In this document: positions 1-16,594 of the stretch, piece after piece
Layout of the letters: the number at the start of each line of letters is the position of its first letter
Position numbering within the stretch: the stretch's first letter is position 1
NCBI GenBank assembly: GCA_047495785.1
Contig: JBLDXI010000040.1
Location: 186,001-250,000 of the forward strand
Source: Lepidodermella squamata
Taxonomy: Eukaryota > Animalia > Gastrotricha
Length of the DNA stretch: 64,000 nt
Direction: 5' to 3'
The notes under the pieces: model-generated
Database searches by the model: none
What the model was told of the DNA's origin: nothing
What the model saw: the letters and a program-made list of their open reading frames with translations, nothing else
Position numbers and translations under genes: made by a program

Positions 1-90
1 TTATCTGGAAATTTTGATTTTTTTTTCCTTTATTTTAATTTATTTTTCCAATTTTTGTTTACATTTTTACGAAATTTTTAAAAAATTCAG

Positions 91-1208
91 TGCAGATTAT
101 TCATTCAGTGTGGGTTGAATCCTTTGCCAGGTGAATTTTAGATTAACAAACTGACACAAATTTGTGGGGGTATTAATTATTCAACTCCACCCCCGACTTA
201 GTGCGTGACCTATTCGGAAAGCAAAATCAATGGAAAATTCCGATCGAAGAGATCGTATGAATTGAAATTTGCACCACCTTGAGGTTCCAGTGCAGAAATA
301 AATTTCTATGATTTGGACTTGAAATTTTCTTAATTGATACTGATTGCCCCATGACCCTGGGAATTTCAATTTTCGCTACCTGGAATCATCAGCTAGGTAG
401 AAAAATATTCAGTATTACCCTCCAAGTTTGCTGATATCGGAAAAATCACTGATTTACAAAATCGATAACTGAAATCGATATCAGCTCTCCAAGCTGAAAT
501 ATAACTCTTAAATTGACTACTAATATCGAAAAATGTGTGTAATAGTGGGATTTATTGGTAGGTCATGAATTGAAAATTTGAAAAAAATATTAAGGAGGAA
601 TATTGAGAAGCCATACTTTAGCTTTAAATTTAGTATTGAAAATTTAATGAATTTTGAATTAATATGGCAGATCCTATCGAAAATTATAGGAAAAATGAAG
701 CGACAGAGTGAAGTTGGAACCTCAACTTTAGTTCTGTAAATTTATTAAGGTTTCAAAAATTTCAATTATTTATTGAAATTTCAAAAATTTCAATTTTTTA
801 GTTAATATTTCGAAATTTTTAATTTTCTGTATTTTTGCAATTTTACCTCGATTTTAAGTTGTCGCATTTTTTCTTCTGACAGGTGCTGAAAATTCAGTCG
901 AGGACACTAATGAGGACGACGCTGTGCCGGCCACGCGTTCGCCTCGAACCTTGGATTCGTCGCCTCATCACCGCGAACCGCGGTGCGTTTCGCCTAAATT
1001 ATACCTGCAAATAGTAGTCGCCAAAGCGCGGAAAGAATTTATGACCGAGTGTTTGGCTCAATTTAAATCGCCGCACATTTGCCACCGAACGACAACGTTT
1101 TACCTGTGGACTCGCAATGAGACGATCAATTTGTGGAAGCGCATCCTAAAACGCGTCATCGAAACTTATCCGAAGCAAATCGGCATAAAAATGTGCACTA
1201 GAAGATGA
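91..1208 (+). CDS. 3' part of an unidentified gene (exons 91-130 and 883-1208); 5' end lies outside the window
   Basis: ttcag|91..130|gtgaat (phase 1) joins in frame to ctgacag|883. Reads CRLFIQCGLNPLP-GAENSVEDT...KMCTRR*. AATAAA near 1295. No motif recognised. Confidence 0.5.
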
Positions 1209-1546
1209 ATCAGTTATATCAATTTAGAAAATATATAAAATTTGTAAAAAAATAATTGAATATATTTGTTTTTTTTGCTTGGACAACAATTCTGAATAAA
1301 TCTTGGATAAAACTTTTTTATTGCGTATAATTATGTCATATTTAAATATTATATATAGGTCACGAGCACCGTTCAAGAAAAAAAATATATATAATTTTAT
1401 CGGGATGATTTTTTTACGTTAATCAAAGAAGCGCCATATTCAGACCGAATTCACGAATATTGATATTGATTGATGCACAAATAATATAATTCGCATAAAT
1501 GAAGAGAAGGTTTGAATCGACTGTTGAATCGAAATGGTAAGGACAA

Positions 1547-4664
<3,118 letters not shown>

Positions 4665-7125
4665 TTTAGAATAAAATAATTTTTTGTGACTAAAAATTCG
4701 AGGGTAAAATTTGTTATTTCCACTGCAGCGCGTGCTCTTATTTTAAGATTATGCCTAAGGCTTCAAAGACTATCACAAATTTTTCTAATAGGACTGTAAT
4801 GTATTTTCAGACTCGGTGCAAGTTGAAAAAAACAAAGCGGACCCTTGAGGCAGAAAGATAGATCAGATAATAATTAAAAAAAAAGTAGACTGCTGTGTAA
4901 ATAAATGGGAAAAATTAACGTAATAATGCTTTTTTTCAACCCTGCGGAAATATTTATTATACAAAATAAAATTTTAGCTTTAATATATGTTTTAAACGTG
5001 ACTTTTAGTGCGATGCCAGCATAGCAAGTTTTATTAAGGCATTATTTCACGAAACTCATATAAAGCCCGCATTTGCTTATGCCTTGTACGTTAATTATGC
5101 AATGAGCCAGAATAATGATGACGACGCGCAAGAAATGACCCAGGTAATATAGATAATAATAATATAAATTCTCACGCAAATTATGCGCGCACATTTTGCG
5201 TGAATTTTTGCGACATCTTGCGCGCATAAAAAATCCAGCTTAATACGCGCTATTTTTGAAAAAAATAGGAACTTGCGGAACCCAATATTATTTTTTGCGT
5301 GGTACTGCGTTGAAGAATTTTGTCAAATAATATGCAAAAATAAGCAAGCGAAATGCCGGGTCTAAAAATTTACTTTATCGAACCGATGAGAATTTGCTTT
5401 GAATGTTTGCGAAGGAAATGTATCAATATAAAATTAGGTAGAAACAACTAACACCACTGCGGATGGGTGGATGAAAAAGTGGATTTTATAAGGAAGTCAA
5501 ATATAAAATATAGGAAATTGGCCTTATTATTAAATTATACAAGCCGTCTGATAGCTGGGTTGACACTTTTTTCACTCAATTTTATGTAAGACGTGTTTCG
5601 TGTTTTATTGAATGCTTGCGTATCATATTTAACTGTTTCAGCGGGGTGAAAAATATCTTTGATGAACCCGAGCCGTGAATACCAGAAAGGTGGCAGACCC
5701 CGCAGAAGAAGGGTTATTTTATTACTCTTAAGAAAAAATGCTTAAATTCTGACTACTTTTTATGTCCGTGCATTTAATAGTCGAAACGCTCTCATTGCAT
5801 TTTTTCGATTGGCCGAAAAGTCGCATGAAATGTCTCTATACTTTGCTCCGATGTAAAAATTAAGTGCAGAAAAAAATCAATTAAAAAAATAAAAGTATCG
5901 TATATGTTAGGGTTGGACGATTTTAGACAAAACCATGTTTTAATTAATTAGTCATAATTTAAAAAAATATTTGTTAATTTAATTTTTGTGTAAAAATGTG
6001 TTTAATGTTATTCCCAATTTTACTGTAAATTTTGGCGATTTTACGAATTTTACACCTAATTTTGGCAATTGAAAAACGTTATGCATCAATTTGGACAATT
6101 TTCCGGGTAATTTTGGACGCACTCATTTGCATATGCAAGGGTAATATTGTGAGTTATCAATTATATGGTTAATTACAATTGGCAAAGTCCAAAATTACGC
6201 TGATCAAATTTATGCAGCGCTGTACGGTAGAACGGAGATATTTTTGCTCAAGTTGCGAAAAATTGAAAATAATTGCGGTAATTAAAAAAATGAAAATAAA
6301 AAATATTATGCTGTTAGGAAGCGCATCATGTTGTGTTAGTGAATAATCTATGAGAGGTTGGTTTTATATTTTTTTGGCGCTAGCCACACCGCCATGGACA
6401 AATACACCGGGTGCAATGCACATGACCGCGAGAAATTATTAACTAAAAATAACCCCCAATGACAATAAGCATCGCGAACCCTCGATTTCAGTCTTGACAT
6501 TTTCATTGCCATGAGAAATTAATTTTCTGAAAATACACATTCCCTTCGCAGTTTAATGAATGTTTGATGGCCTTAAGAATTTGAATAAAAACACCAACAA
6601 CAATTTTAATATAAAAAATACTTTCCAGTTAAGTAATATACCATTAATATTTCTGTTCATAAAATTCTGTGTCTAAAACTGAGCAAGAATCATATCGAAC
6701 CTAAAGCTAAGAAAATAACTTGGCCTTATCAAATTTGCTGGCAAAAACATGCAATTAGGGTTGGAAAGCTCCGGGAACCTAAAAGGTCCTGGACCTTGGA
6801 TCAAACTTCATGAAAATAGGGGAAGTCTCTCTCGATTTTGCCAGCAAATTTGATAAGATTATCATCTTAGATTTCTGGATGAAATATGATTCATGTTCAG
6901 CTTTAAATGCAAAATATTCTGAACAAAAAAGTGTCCAGCTGCCTTATGGCTTGTTTGAATTGAACGTGAAATTGAAGCATCAAGTTAATAAGATTACTGT
7001 AATTTATTGTGTAATATCCTGGGTTAGTAATTTCACCGAACTCAAAAAATTGTGAAGTAAATTGGGCAGTTAATCGAGGGGGATTCCAGGCAGGCTATTA
7101 TTTATACCTTGAAACTACCCGTGCC

Positions 7126-7247
7126 AAAAAATGTTGTTTTATTAACGTGTCGTTACAAAAGATGTCGTTATCTTTTTCCTATATGTCATGTTCAACGAAA
7201 AAAACGACATTTTTTGTAACGACACGTTAACCAAACGACATTTTTTT
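7126..7247. repeat. Short foldback/inverted repeat (probable MITE remnant)
   Basis: ttaacgtgtcgttacaaaagatgtcgtt pairs with aacgacattttttgtaacgacacgttaa across a short spacer. Confidence 0.55.
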
Positions 7248-7329
7248 GTCATCAGCTTAATTATTGTCATCTCCGTTGCTGGAATCAATATTAAAGTCAA
7301 TTTTCGGGATTATTATTTGAGGGGTGATC

Positions 7330-7523
7330 TGGGGTTTTCCGTTTAAGAAGGATGGCAGCATCCTAGCGGACTGAAATTCGAAAATTTAAAATCCTCAAGT
7401 AGAACCGAGTAAGAACATCTCGGAATCCAAGAATCTTTCTTCCTAAAGTCAACACACTTTTGCGATTTGCTGGAAAATACAGAAAATTCGCCAAAACCCA
7501 CTTTTCACTTGTCAGCGGTCATC
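7330..7523 (+). repeat. About 190-bp dispersed repeat; inverted copy at about 10398-10596
   Basis: gcatcctag..ctgaaattcgaaaa..gagtaagaacatc..gatttgctggaaaata..gaaaattcgcc..cggtcat is mirrored in reverse complement at 10398-10596. Confidence 0.7.
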
Positions 7524-9251
7524 TGTTCAATGTTAAACCGCACTTTTGAAGAATATAACTTATCAAAGTGTTGGGCGCAAAAATTTGAAATAAAACATCG
7601 CTATATCTTGCCCATATAGCTACGATAGAGCTATTCAAAAGAAATTAACCTGTGATTTATTTTTCGTTGAAGTAAGTACATATTTTCAGTTTAGAATTGC
7701 GTTGGTTTGCGGTCATTTTGGATCAAACAAGAAATACTACAGCGTCCGGCATGGTCTCAACTGCGAATGTTCAACAAATAATGAAATTTAATATAATCAG
7801 TCGAAAACGTGAAATTTAAATTGATTTAATATTTAAATTGGCTGAAATCAGCTGGGCAATTTCGTGGCAATTTCGAACAGGTGACCATTCTCGGAGGTTA
7901 TAGCGTAAAAGCACCGTCAGCAAAACCTGGGAAATCATTCACAAGCACATTTTATTTATTAGTGCTTAATTAGTTACGATCGAGATAATTGCAAAGCTCA
8001 TGTCGCTTGCCTGAGCTGAGACGACGTATAATACAGAATATTGCGGCGTCAATTTAAAAAAAAAACCATCTGCCAACTAGCCAATTATTCGAGCTAAATA
8101 GCACCATTCATCAGCACGTGGCTTTTGTATAGCTAGTTGGTATAACATAGCATTAACAATAAAATACCACGATATTCCGAGCTCGTTAGACAATGGATCT
8201 CACTTTCAGCGCGGAACCAAATTTGCCTGTTAGCGGAACCAAATTTTGGAATTTTCAACGGGTTTGGTAACCAATTTTCGAAGCTTCTAAAGATGCTATG
8301 ATTGATCAGCACATATTTTCGAAAAGCAAAAGACAAAGTTGGTTCCGCTTATGGATGTTCTGTTATACGTTATACAATGAACCGGTGCGAGATGGGAGAC
8401 ATAAAGGTCAAACTTCCATCCGATTTTAGGCTCTGGGACTATATCTGCCCTTCTTTTTCATTCTTTTTCCCATTACAGCCCAGAATGTTTTTGAAATTAT
8501 TTTTATTTTTCTTTCCCTATTGACGTATTTGCGCTGTTTCGATAGAGAAAAAATTGGGGAGAAAGAATCCAAAAACCCATATTCCAGTGTCAAGTCGGAC
8601 GGTTATTTCGAGAACGGTAATACCTAGGAAGCCGCTCTCAAAGAAAAAGTTCACCAGCGTGATGAGATCTACCTAGAAATGCATAGGTGATACTTCATCG
8701 TGTAACATCGATTTTGATGACACTTTAGTGCAGTTTGGTGACAGTCCCAAAAAAACGGGACCTAGCTCATCGCCAAGCCGACGAGACACTGGCCATTTAT
8801 CCGTTTTCACTAAATTTATACAACTTCCCAGCGCGGAGATATGCCTGGGGTTGTAGTCACCCTACAGGATTGCAGTAATCTTTTTATCACTTTTCGCTTT
8901 TCGCTGTAAAATTACTGATCTTGTTCTGTTCTCTTTTTTTTTTAGGCGTGGAAATCTTCTAACCACCACGTATGGCTCCTAGAGCAAAAAGTCATCTTTA
9001 AAGTCGGATAATTGACGGATAATTGACTCGGCCGACAGAGTTTTTGCTGTCAATCATAGGCTGAACGCGCCAATTCGTGTGCGCAATCGAGCTAGCCAAG
9101 CAGTAGGTATATCGCACTCTCCTTATCTATATGAGCGTATCTATTGCCCGAGTTATTATACCAATTAGGCCTACCTGGCCATTTTTTATAGCGAAAAGCA
9201 CAAAACGTTAACCGGGTGCGAAATTATTAAAAAAAAATGATTCGACGACGC

Positions 9252-9258
9252 TATAAAA
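9252..9258 (+). promoter_or_regulatory. TATA box of Cys-rich gene copy 1
   Basis: TATAAAA about 60 bp upstream of ATG 9313. TATAAA sits at the equivalent position upstream of copies 2 and 5. Confidence 0.55.
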
Positions 9259-9312
9259 CGGGCCGAAAATTCTTTCAGAACATGCCCATTTTTCGACTTC
9301 AAATTTTTGACA

Positions 9313-10228
9313 ATGGCTTTTGAATTGACTGTGGCGGTTCTTGCCGCTGCCTGCTGTGCCGTTATCGCTTGCCCGTCCTCAACAACTAGCTCGAGCTCTT
9401 GCCCTTCTGGCCAATCGTGTATTGCTACGTCGAACAGCTGCGATACATCAACCAAGAACTGCATCGACAAGACCGGAACTCAATGCCAAGGCACCCAGGT
9501 GTGCGCCCCAGCGGTAAATCCAATGTCTGTAAATAATGATTCCTCGGAACTCAAAATTGTTCATTATGTAACAGCAAACTTTCCAATTATGCACTGGCTC
9601 GACCTTTGGTACAGCAGTCTCAAAAACTGTCAAGCTGTGCATTTCTAACGGCCTGGCTTGCACCGCTGCTTTCGGCCCTAGTACATTCACGGTAAGATAG
9701 CGTATCGATGAGATCGAGTAATAAATCAGTTGTATTCTCAGCAAGCTGCTGCCCCGAACTCGTTTAACTCGTTCGCAGACTGCTGCGCCGCTGCAACCCC
9801 AACTGGTGCGGGACTGACCGGCAACATTCGCTACGACGTTCTCCCAGGCCTCACGGCATCTGTAGCTCCGGCTCTTGCATGCATCTCAACTGATGATAGT
9901 ATCCCATACAAGGTTACAGCGACTGACACCGTTGTTAAGGTTGGCAACTGCGTTCGCTTCCCGCACACTTCCAATGCTCTTGGTGATGTTGAAGCAGGGA
10001 CAGGAGTCGTACGTTATCTTGTTCTTTTTACGATTTTTGTTAATTGCAAACCAACCATTGCCATTTCAGAAGCCGAGCCCTTCATTAAAAGCCTTCACCT
10101 CGTACTCAGCCTGCTGTCTCGCTCTAGTAGCTGGAACTGGCGCTGGTAACGCCCCCAATATTGTGTACTATCAGATAACAACGGCGTATGGCCTCACGTT
10201 GGATCGATGCTCATCCACCACGCAGTAA
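9313..10228 (+). CDS. Secreted cysteine-rich protein, family copy 1 (4 exons, about 245 aa, intact)
   Basis: Signal peptide MAFELTVAVLAAACCAVIA. Three short phase-0 introns. Exons read CPSGQSCIATSNSCDTSTKNCIDKTGTQC / QTFQLCTGSTFG..KLCISNGLAC / NSFNSFADCC..NIRYDVLPG..ACISTDD..KVGNCVRFPHT / FTSYSACC..YGLTLDRCSSTTQ*. Confidence 0.85.
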
Positions 10229-10629
10229 AGAAACTTTGATCTCACATTCGATCGAAGAGTGTTTGGTGAGCGAAACATTCCCATTCTACAGTATATAACT
10301 TGTCGCTGATAATTTCTGCTGACAAAGTTGATGATGAATGAATAGGTAGAAAAAAATCCGAGTATTAATTGTTACACAAAAGCGCTTGCAAATAAAATGA
10401 CCGTCAACAAATGCGAAAAGTGGGGTTAGGCGAATTTTCAATATTTTCCAGCAAATCTCGCAAAAGTGTGTTCACTTGAAGATGGACGATTCTTTGATTC
10501 AGTGATGTTCTTACTCAGTTTTTCTTGATGATTTCAAGTTTTCGAATTTCAGACCTCTAGGATGCTCCCATCCTCCTTAAAACGCGGAAAACCCAAGGGT
10601 TGCCCAGAAATGTGTATCTCAGACTGATG

Positions 10630-10756
10630 CGCAGCCGCAGCCGAACGTTTCAAACATTCGCTACTAAATCCTTCCAGGCATCACAGCAACTGTAGCACCG
10701 GCTCTGGCTTGCATCGGAACTGATGATAGTGTCCCATTTACAAGATCACAGCTACC
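10630..10756 (+). pseudogene. Orphan exon-3 fragment of the Cys-rich family
   Basis: Reads NIRY*ILPGITATVAPALACIGTDD, with an in-frame stop and no flanking exons. Confidence 0.75.
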
Positions 10757-11077
10757 CCTATTTTTGCAGAAAGTGGCATGTGATTTGGTGAGAATGCCAA
10801 AATCTTCCGTAAAACTTTGTATGCCAAGACAAATTGGCTGAAACTACTGGGCAAGCAGTATACTTATACTAGTCATCACCTTCTATTATCTGAGCATATC
10901 TGCGTTGCGTTGTTATATCACTAATAAGGCCGAGCTAGCTGGCGAAGACGCAAAGTTTGCTAGCTAGCAAAGTTGACCGGGTGCGAAAGTATTAAACAGC
11001 ATTCCACCATGATGCGGATTCAAGGTTATAAATTCGGCCGAAATTCCAGGCAATTCCATTTCTCAAAGCTCGCGACA

Positions 11078-11410
11078 ATGACCTTACTGGCTGTGACTGC
11101 TGTTCTCACCTCTGCCTGCAGTGCCATTGCAGCTAGCCCAGCCTCTTCGACGTCATGTCCGACCGGTTCGGCCGCTTGCCCTTCCGGCCAAGCGTGTTAT
11201 GCTTCGTCGAACAACTGTGATACATCGTCGAAAACTGCGTCGACAAGACCGGAACTCAATGCCAAGGCACTCAGGCGTGCTCTAAAGCGGTAAACTCTTG
11301 TGCCTATATAACTAGCCGAACATTAAAATGCTCCTTTTGCAACAGCAAACCTTTCAATTGTGTACATGTGCGACTTATGGTTCAATCTTCAGTAAGACCG
11401 TCAAGCTATC
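11078..11410 (+). pseudogene. Cys-rich family copy 2: frameshifted and truncated
   Basis: Near-identical to copy 5 promoter and exon 1, with a 1-nt deletion (tcgaaaactgc vs tcgaaaaactgc). Exon 2 breaks off after KTVKL, where retroelement sequence begins. Confidence 0.8.
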
Positions 11411-11672
11411 TGGAACTGTCTACATCAACAAGCACCAACAATGTTGCAAACACTGTTCCAACGCGAACGGCTTTCGTCATTTTGAGCCAATGATCAAGCC
11501 AACAGAACGCAAAGAGCGCGGTGCACTCAGTTTAGGCTACCGCGGGCCTGATTGGTGGAACCAGCTTCCGACGGCAGCACATCAAGCAAAATCAGCGCAG
11601 GAATGTCGTGAACCTGTTTATCAGCATTGTTATTCCAATAATGCCGGCAAATTGAAATTGAATAAAAATTAG
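11411..11672 (+). mobile_element. 3' remnant of a CR1/L2-type LINE inserted in copy 2 exon 2
   Basis: ERGALSLGYRGPDWWNQLP resembles the F.YRG.(K)LWN.LP C-terminal motif of CR1/L2 ORF2. It ends near attgaaattgaataaa. Confidence 0.55.
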
Positions 11673-12099
11673 CTTTTATTCTGTCCTATGTATTACTTAC
11701 ATTTTTATAAAGCTATCCAACGAAAACGAAAGCTTTTTATTTTGTCCTTTTTTCCAGATGAATGATGCCTAACGAAAATGTAGCAAGGTAAGAAAAAAGG
11801 CGCAGGCACAGCACGAAAAGTTTCACTTAAAAACACAAACATGGCATCAATTAAGTCAGATAAATACGTTATTTCGACGGGCTTGCCATTGGCACCCTCC
11901 CAGACGAAAATCAGTTGACCGAGAGCTCAGTAGATCGAACGTAGATCCAAAATACAAAATATTCGTCCAACATTGCTCTTTTTCTGACTTATTGTCGATC
12001 TATTAGACTGGATCTACGGGCATCGATCCTGTGTAGGTCCTAATTTTACCATTCGATCTACGTAGGGTCTAACCCATACGATCTATCCCAGTGTCAAAT

Positions 12100-13150
12100 T
12101 TAGATCAAGCCATGGTCTACTTTTTTTCGACTGGGCTGAGGGTTCCACTGCAGCATAGAGACGGGAATGAGTTGAGTTGTCGTCATAGCGGTACGAGCCG
12201 GTGTCATCCATCCGCTGGTCATTGCCGCCAATGTGGAGGTCGTAGACTTCATTAGACATTGGACAGGCGAGCCAACGATTCTTCTGGTTAGCGACCTGGT
12301 TAGCGCGATCAGCCGCGACGGCGTCAGACAGGGCGTGCAGTTGTAGCTGGATATTCTTGAGCAGAGAAGAGATGCCCGCTTCACACTTCTCAGATATGGG
12401 TGTTTCTGAGCGCAACGGCCACACTTTACCGGGGTACTGGGCGGGCAGTCCATGGTAACATGGCCATACCGGTTGCACTTACCAGTTGGGCGAAGAGGCC
12501 GAACTTTGACGCGCCGGTTCAACCACTTGAGGCCATTATCGCGTGCATCTTCGTAGCCTTCTTTATTCGCGAATACGATGACCCGGGTGGGGGGACGCTG
12601 GGGATTCTTTGCTGGCAAATCACGAATTTCCTCGACATAGTCAGGCGAGAGGTGGGCCCGCAGATCGTCAACAGAGTAGCAGGCCGATAGACGCGAGGTC
12701 AGCACGGTACGGTGTTCTTTCTCAACTGCAGGAGGCAAGGGACGAGTCGAATCTGGCTCATCTGGCCAAAGACATTATCAATGATAACCACACGTTTGCT
12801 AACAGGGTTAGACGGGGCCGGTGCGTGACGAGCCGGGCCGACGGGAGCACCACGAGGGGGCAGAGCTGGCGGCTGGTTGGCGACCGGCGGAGAGGACGAC
12901 GACGTCCGGAGCACCGGAAAATCGGCGTCGGCATCCATGCGGTCGACGGAGGACGACGGAGAGGCATCGGCACTGCGGTGCTGTAGGATGAGTGCTTGGA
13001 CCTCGGCGATGGCAGCGGCCAAGAGGCCCTTCACATTGAGTTTCTTCGGCAGCTTCGCGCCGTCAGTGGCAAACGACGGTGGGTCCGGTTTTGACCTCTT
13101 CCGCTGAACGCCCCCGGCGGCGACCGGAGGGCGGTCTGCCGTTTTCAGCC
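12100..13150 (-). mobile_element. 5' fragment of a non-LTR retrotransposon: gag-like ORF1 plus the start of the APE endonuclease, frameshifted
   Basis: GC-rich island. RRM-like segments (VIIDNV, RVIVF), then a zinc knuckle CNRYGHVTMDC..KCGRCAQKH, then SMLQWN resembling the APE N-terminal motif. ORFs 12699-13220 and 12100-12738 overlap out of frame. Confidence 0.7.
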
Positions 13151-13642
13151 ATATAATCAGTAAGTAATGCGTCGCTGAATAGCACAGATGATCACCAACA
13201 ATTTTAACGTAAAAGAACAACCTCAGAAAATTTAATATTCAATCGCAGGTATTCCAAGATTCTAATTAAATCCGTAGCGCAAATTGATACCGAATAAATA
13301 CGACCAGGTAAAAAAAACCATATAAAACTTGTTCCTCGAAAGTTCTTGCAAACAAAAAACTACCTCGTAGTTACATTTCAACATAATTATGCGGCCGAAG
13401 GAAGGCCCAATAATGGTTCTGAATTTTTTAGTAAAATGCCGCTGTGCCCATGCGTTAATCTGACCCTGACTTGATGGATAACATCCGGTTTCAAACAAGC
13501 AATTATACTGCTTCATCGTTGGCTAGTTAACGTGAGAATCTTAGCATGTTTTGAAGACGCTTGTGGCAGTTTAAACAAAAACAGCAAAGCGCATCTATTT
13601 ACACTCACTGCAGTATCCACTACTCTTATAGTCTCAACGAAT

Positions 13643-16475
13643 ATGTTGCCTTGCAATTGGAATCATTTAATTTTGATAACTGCAATTTTATCAATTTTGT
13701 TGACAACTAGCGAAGCTTGCACTTCGCCATCGCCTCCATCAAGCTTCGTACCATTTACCAGTCCGCCTTCATTTTATGGTTGCCCAAGCAGTCAAATATG
13801 CGTGCCAACCACTAACCTGTGCTCAGATCCCTCGAAATCTTGCCAGCCAATAGCCAGTCCCTCTCCTGGACCCTCCCCTTCACCTTCAGTAAGTAATGTT
13901 TTTTCCGATAAGATATAGATATGACGTACAAAGAAGAGCAAATTGTATATTGGCTTAAAACGCTAGATTTTAGAGCAATGCATTAAAACCTAGATTTTAG
14001 ACCATTTTTAGACCAATTTGCTCCAAAACCCAGATTTTTTGCCCCATTGTTAAACATCTAGCGTAATGAGCAATCCCGCTAGATCGAAGACAGATACGCG
14101 CCAAGACGCACGCCTCGCCCGACTAAGCTTTTATTTCAAGCCTGATATTAATAATTTCATAATTTTCTCAATTCGAAATGCCCAATTGCTTCCTAAGGAT
14201 CACGATGAATATGATCAAGGCTGTGTCGAGTAAACGTGGTGAAAAGATTGAAGGAATATCATCGGACGTGAAACACAAGTCACTATATACTGCCTTTGCA
14301 CCGACGGCGAACTGCACTGTCAAGAAGCTGTGGTGAAGCATAGGCCAACAGCCGCATAATAACCTTGTCTCACTTTAACCGACTGGTGAAGAAATATCAT
14401 GAAGAGACGTCGGATCACTACGGGCGAGACGCTATAAAGAACAGCAAACTGTTGATCAAGTACTACAAGGTACCAGTACAGGCAATTCAAGAGGTAATCG
14501 ACAAATGTGGAGTATGCGCGAAGCATTGCGACCGATCCCAAAGCTTTCCCAGAGGTCAACCTATCACAGCCAAAGAGATTTAGTATCGCGTTCATATCGA
14601 CTTGTTCGAGATGTCTTCCAAGCCGCGTGAAGACCGAAACAGAGTCGTGATTGGATCATGATCGAATTCAAAGCAAATTAACGGGTTAGTCCTGTTGTGG
14701 CTTAATTCACAGGTAGTGCCACAAAAAATAGTGCACACAATTGCTCGATGACTTGAAAGCTATCAGCGGGGCACTAGAATATTTTGCCAGACAAGACGCG
14801 AGAAGGTAAATTTGTCAACCTGGGGAACCTGGGAGACGGGCTTGTGATTTCAGTCACAATAGGAAGGCATCAGTTGCTGGTAGAGGTAGCTTGTGGCACA
14901 AAAAATGCGACTTGAATGACGATGTTTTCTCGTCAGAAATTGTTGGAACTAGCTTCCTAGTGTTAATAAAGAATTTGAGCATCGTCCCGATGCCATCGGT
15001 TATGCAGACCGGAAGGGCAGATCGAATGAAGGAAATGACCCAAATGACGGGAATAGCGTGAAAGTTTAACAATATTAGAGCTAGATGAACAGCAGAAAAA
15101 ACGGCAGTATTTTTTGCAGTACATAGCGCGAGCGATTTATATTACATAGCGTTTATATTAGCGTTGTTTAACAAAAAACAAATGTATTACTCTGCTGATC
15201 ACAGCACTCTAAGCTTAACAAATCGTTTAATTGAATCAGTTATCACAGATCACAGAAGCCTTCGTTGTAAAATTAAACTGACTTAAAAGTAAGAGTGGTT
15301 GTAAGAGTTAAACACAATACTAGTGAGCAAACTTCAATCTTATTTATTTCGATAAATCAGTGACTTTATAATATATGGGTACATGGCGGGAATCGAATAT
15401 ACTAGATCAAGGGTATAGAAGTTTCCAGAACGTTCCTAGCCAATCTGTACAATCTGTACAATTATAGCGAGCACCAATAGCGAGCGAGCGCAATTATAGC
15501 GTGCGCGCCACTCCGAACATATATACACATGTTACATGGTTGATCATAGGACACGCTGTAAAAAATAGAAATGATGGCTCTCAAAAAGGGCAATATGGTT
15601 GAAGTATAAGGGAGAGATGAGCATTCCTGATTTAATTGGAAGCGAGATAATTTTCACGGGTCCCGTTGAAAATTGTTGATTGTTGCCTCACCCAAGCCGC
15701 AGAAATATCGGTTATATTGATGCGAATATTCTTGATACAAGCCCCCAACGTAACATCTTATAGCTCGGGTAAAATGTTAGCAAACCTTACTCCATGCTCG
15801 AACTCAATATTCTTCATCATGCAACAGCAAACCTTCCAATTATGCACTGGCTCGACCTTTGGAACAGTCTGTCAAGCTGTGCATTTCTAACGGCCTGGCT
15901 TGCACCGCTGCTTTCAGCCCTAGCACTTTTACGGTAAAAAAAAATCGCGTTTTTAAGCAGCGAATAACATCGGTTTTATTCAGCAAGCCATTGCGACTCC
16001 TTCTGCCCCGAATTCGTTCACGTCTTTCCCAGACTGTTGCGCAGCTGCAGCCCCGGCCCCGCCGAACGCTGCTAACATTCGCTACGAGATCCTCCCAGGA
16101 CTAACAGCATCAGTAGCTCCGGCTCTCGCATGCATCAGCACCGATGATGCTAACCCATACAAGATTACTTCAAGCGCAGCTGGTACGAAGGTCGGCAACT
16201 GCGTTCGCTTCCCGCATACTTCCTATCTCGCCGTTTCTGTTGCCATTACAGACGAATCCGGAGTCGTAAGTTACACATAGTTTGACGCGTATATCACGTT
16301 TATTAATGATCAATAATTGCAATCGTAGATCACCAGCCCTACTTCAATCTACGCAGCTACATCATACACAGCCTGCTGCGCACTTCTTACAGGAAGTGCT
16401 CCAAATACTGTTATTATGGTAACATCATGGGCTTTTGGTCTCACATTGGAACGATGCCAATCCACCACGCCGTAA
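13643..16475 (+). pseudogene. Cys-rich family copy 3 (type-B exon 1); frameshift in exon 2, possibly rescued by a cryptic acceptor
   Basis: Signal peptide MLPCNWNHLILITAILSILLTTSEA; exon 1 ends at gtaagt 13889. Exon 2 has an 11-nt deletion that leads to a stop at 15890. Exons 3 and 4 are intact up to ERCQSTTP* at 16475. Confidence 0.7.
14048..15536 (+). mobile_element. Degenerate Ginger/KRBA-like integrase element in intron 1 of copy 3
   Basis: HHCC zinc motif HEETSDHYGRD...CGVC followed by QPITAKEI*YRVHIDLFEM (start of the integrase core). Candidate ends TGT...ACA. No TSD found, so boundaries are approximate. Confidence 0.55.
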
Positions 16476-16594
16476 ACAAAGCCTCACTGGGAAAAAAACT
16501 GGGTTTATTAGCTGAAAATAACCAGAATGATCAAAATAATACAAGCAAGATCTTTAAAAAGACCGAACGATGGCGTATCAACAACAACGCAATA

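Noticed and set aside
6700-6870. Dispersed repeats (6765-6825 vs 56610-56675; 430-470 vs 35403-35445 inverted)
   Set aside because: Ordinary interspersed repeat fragments without definable ends; not annotated individually.
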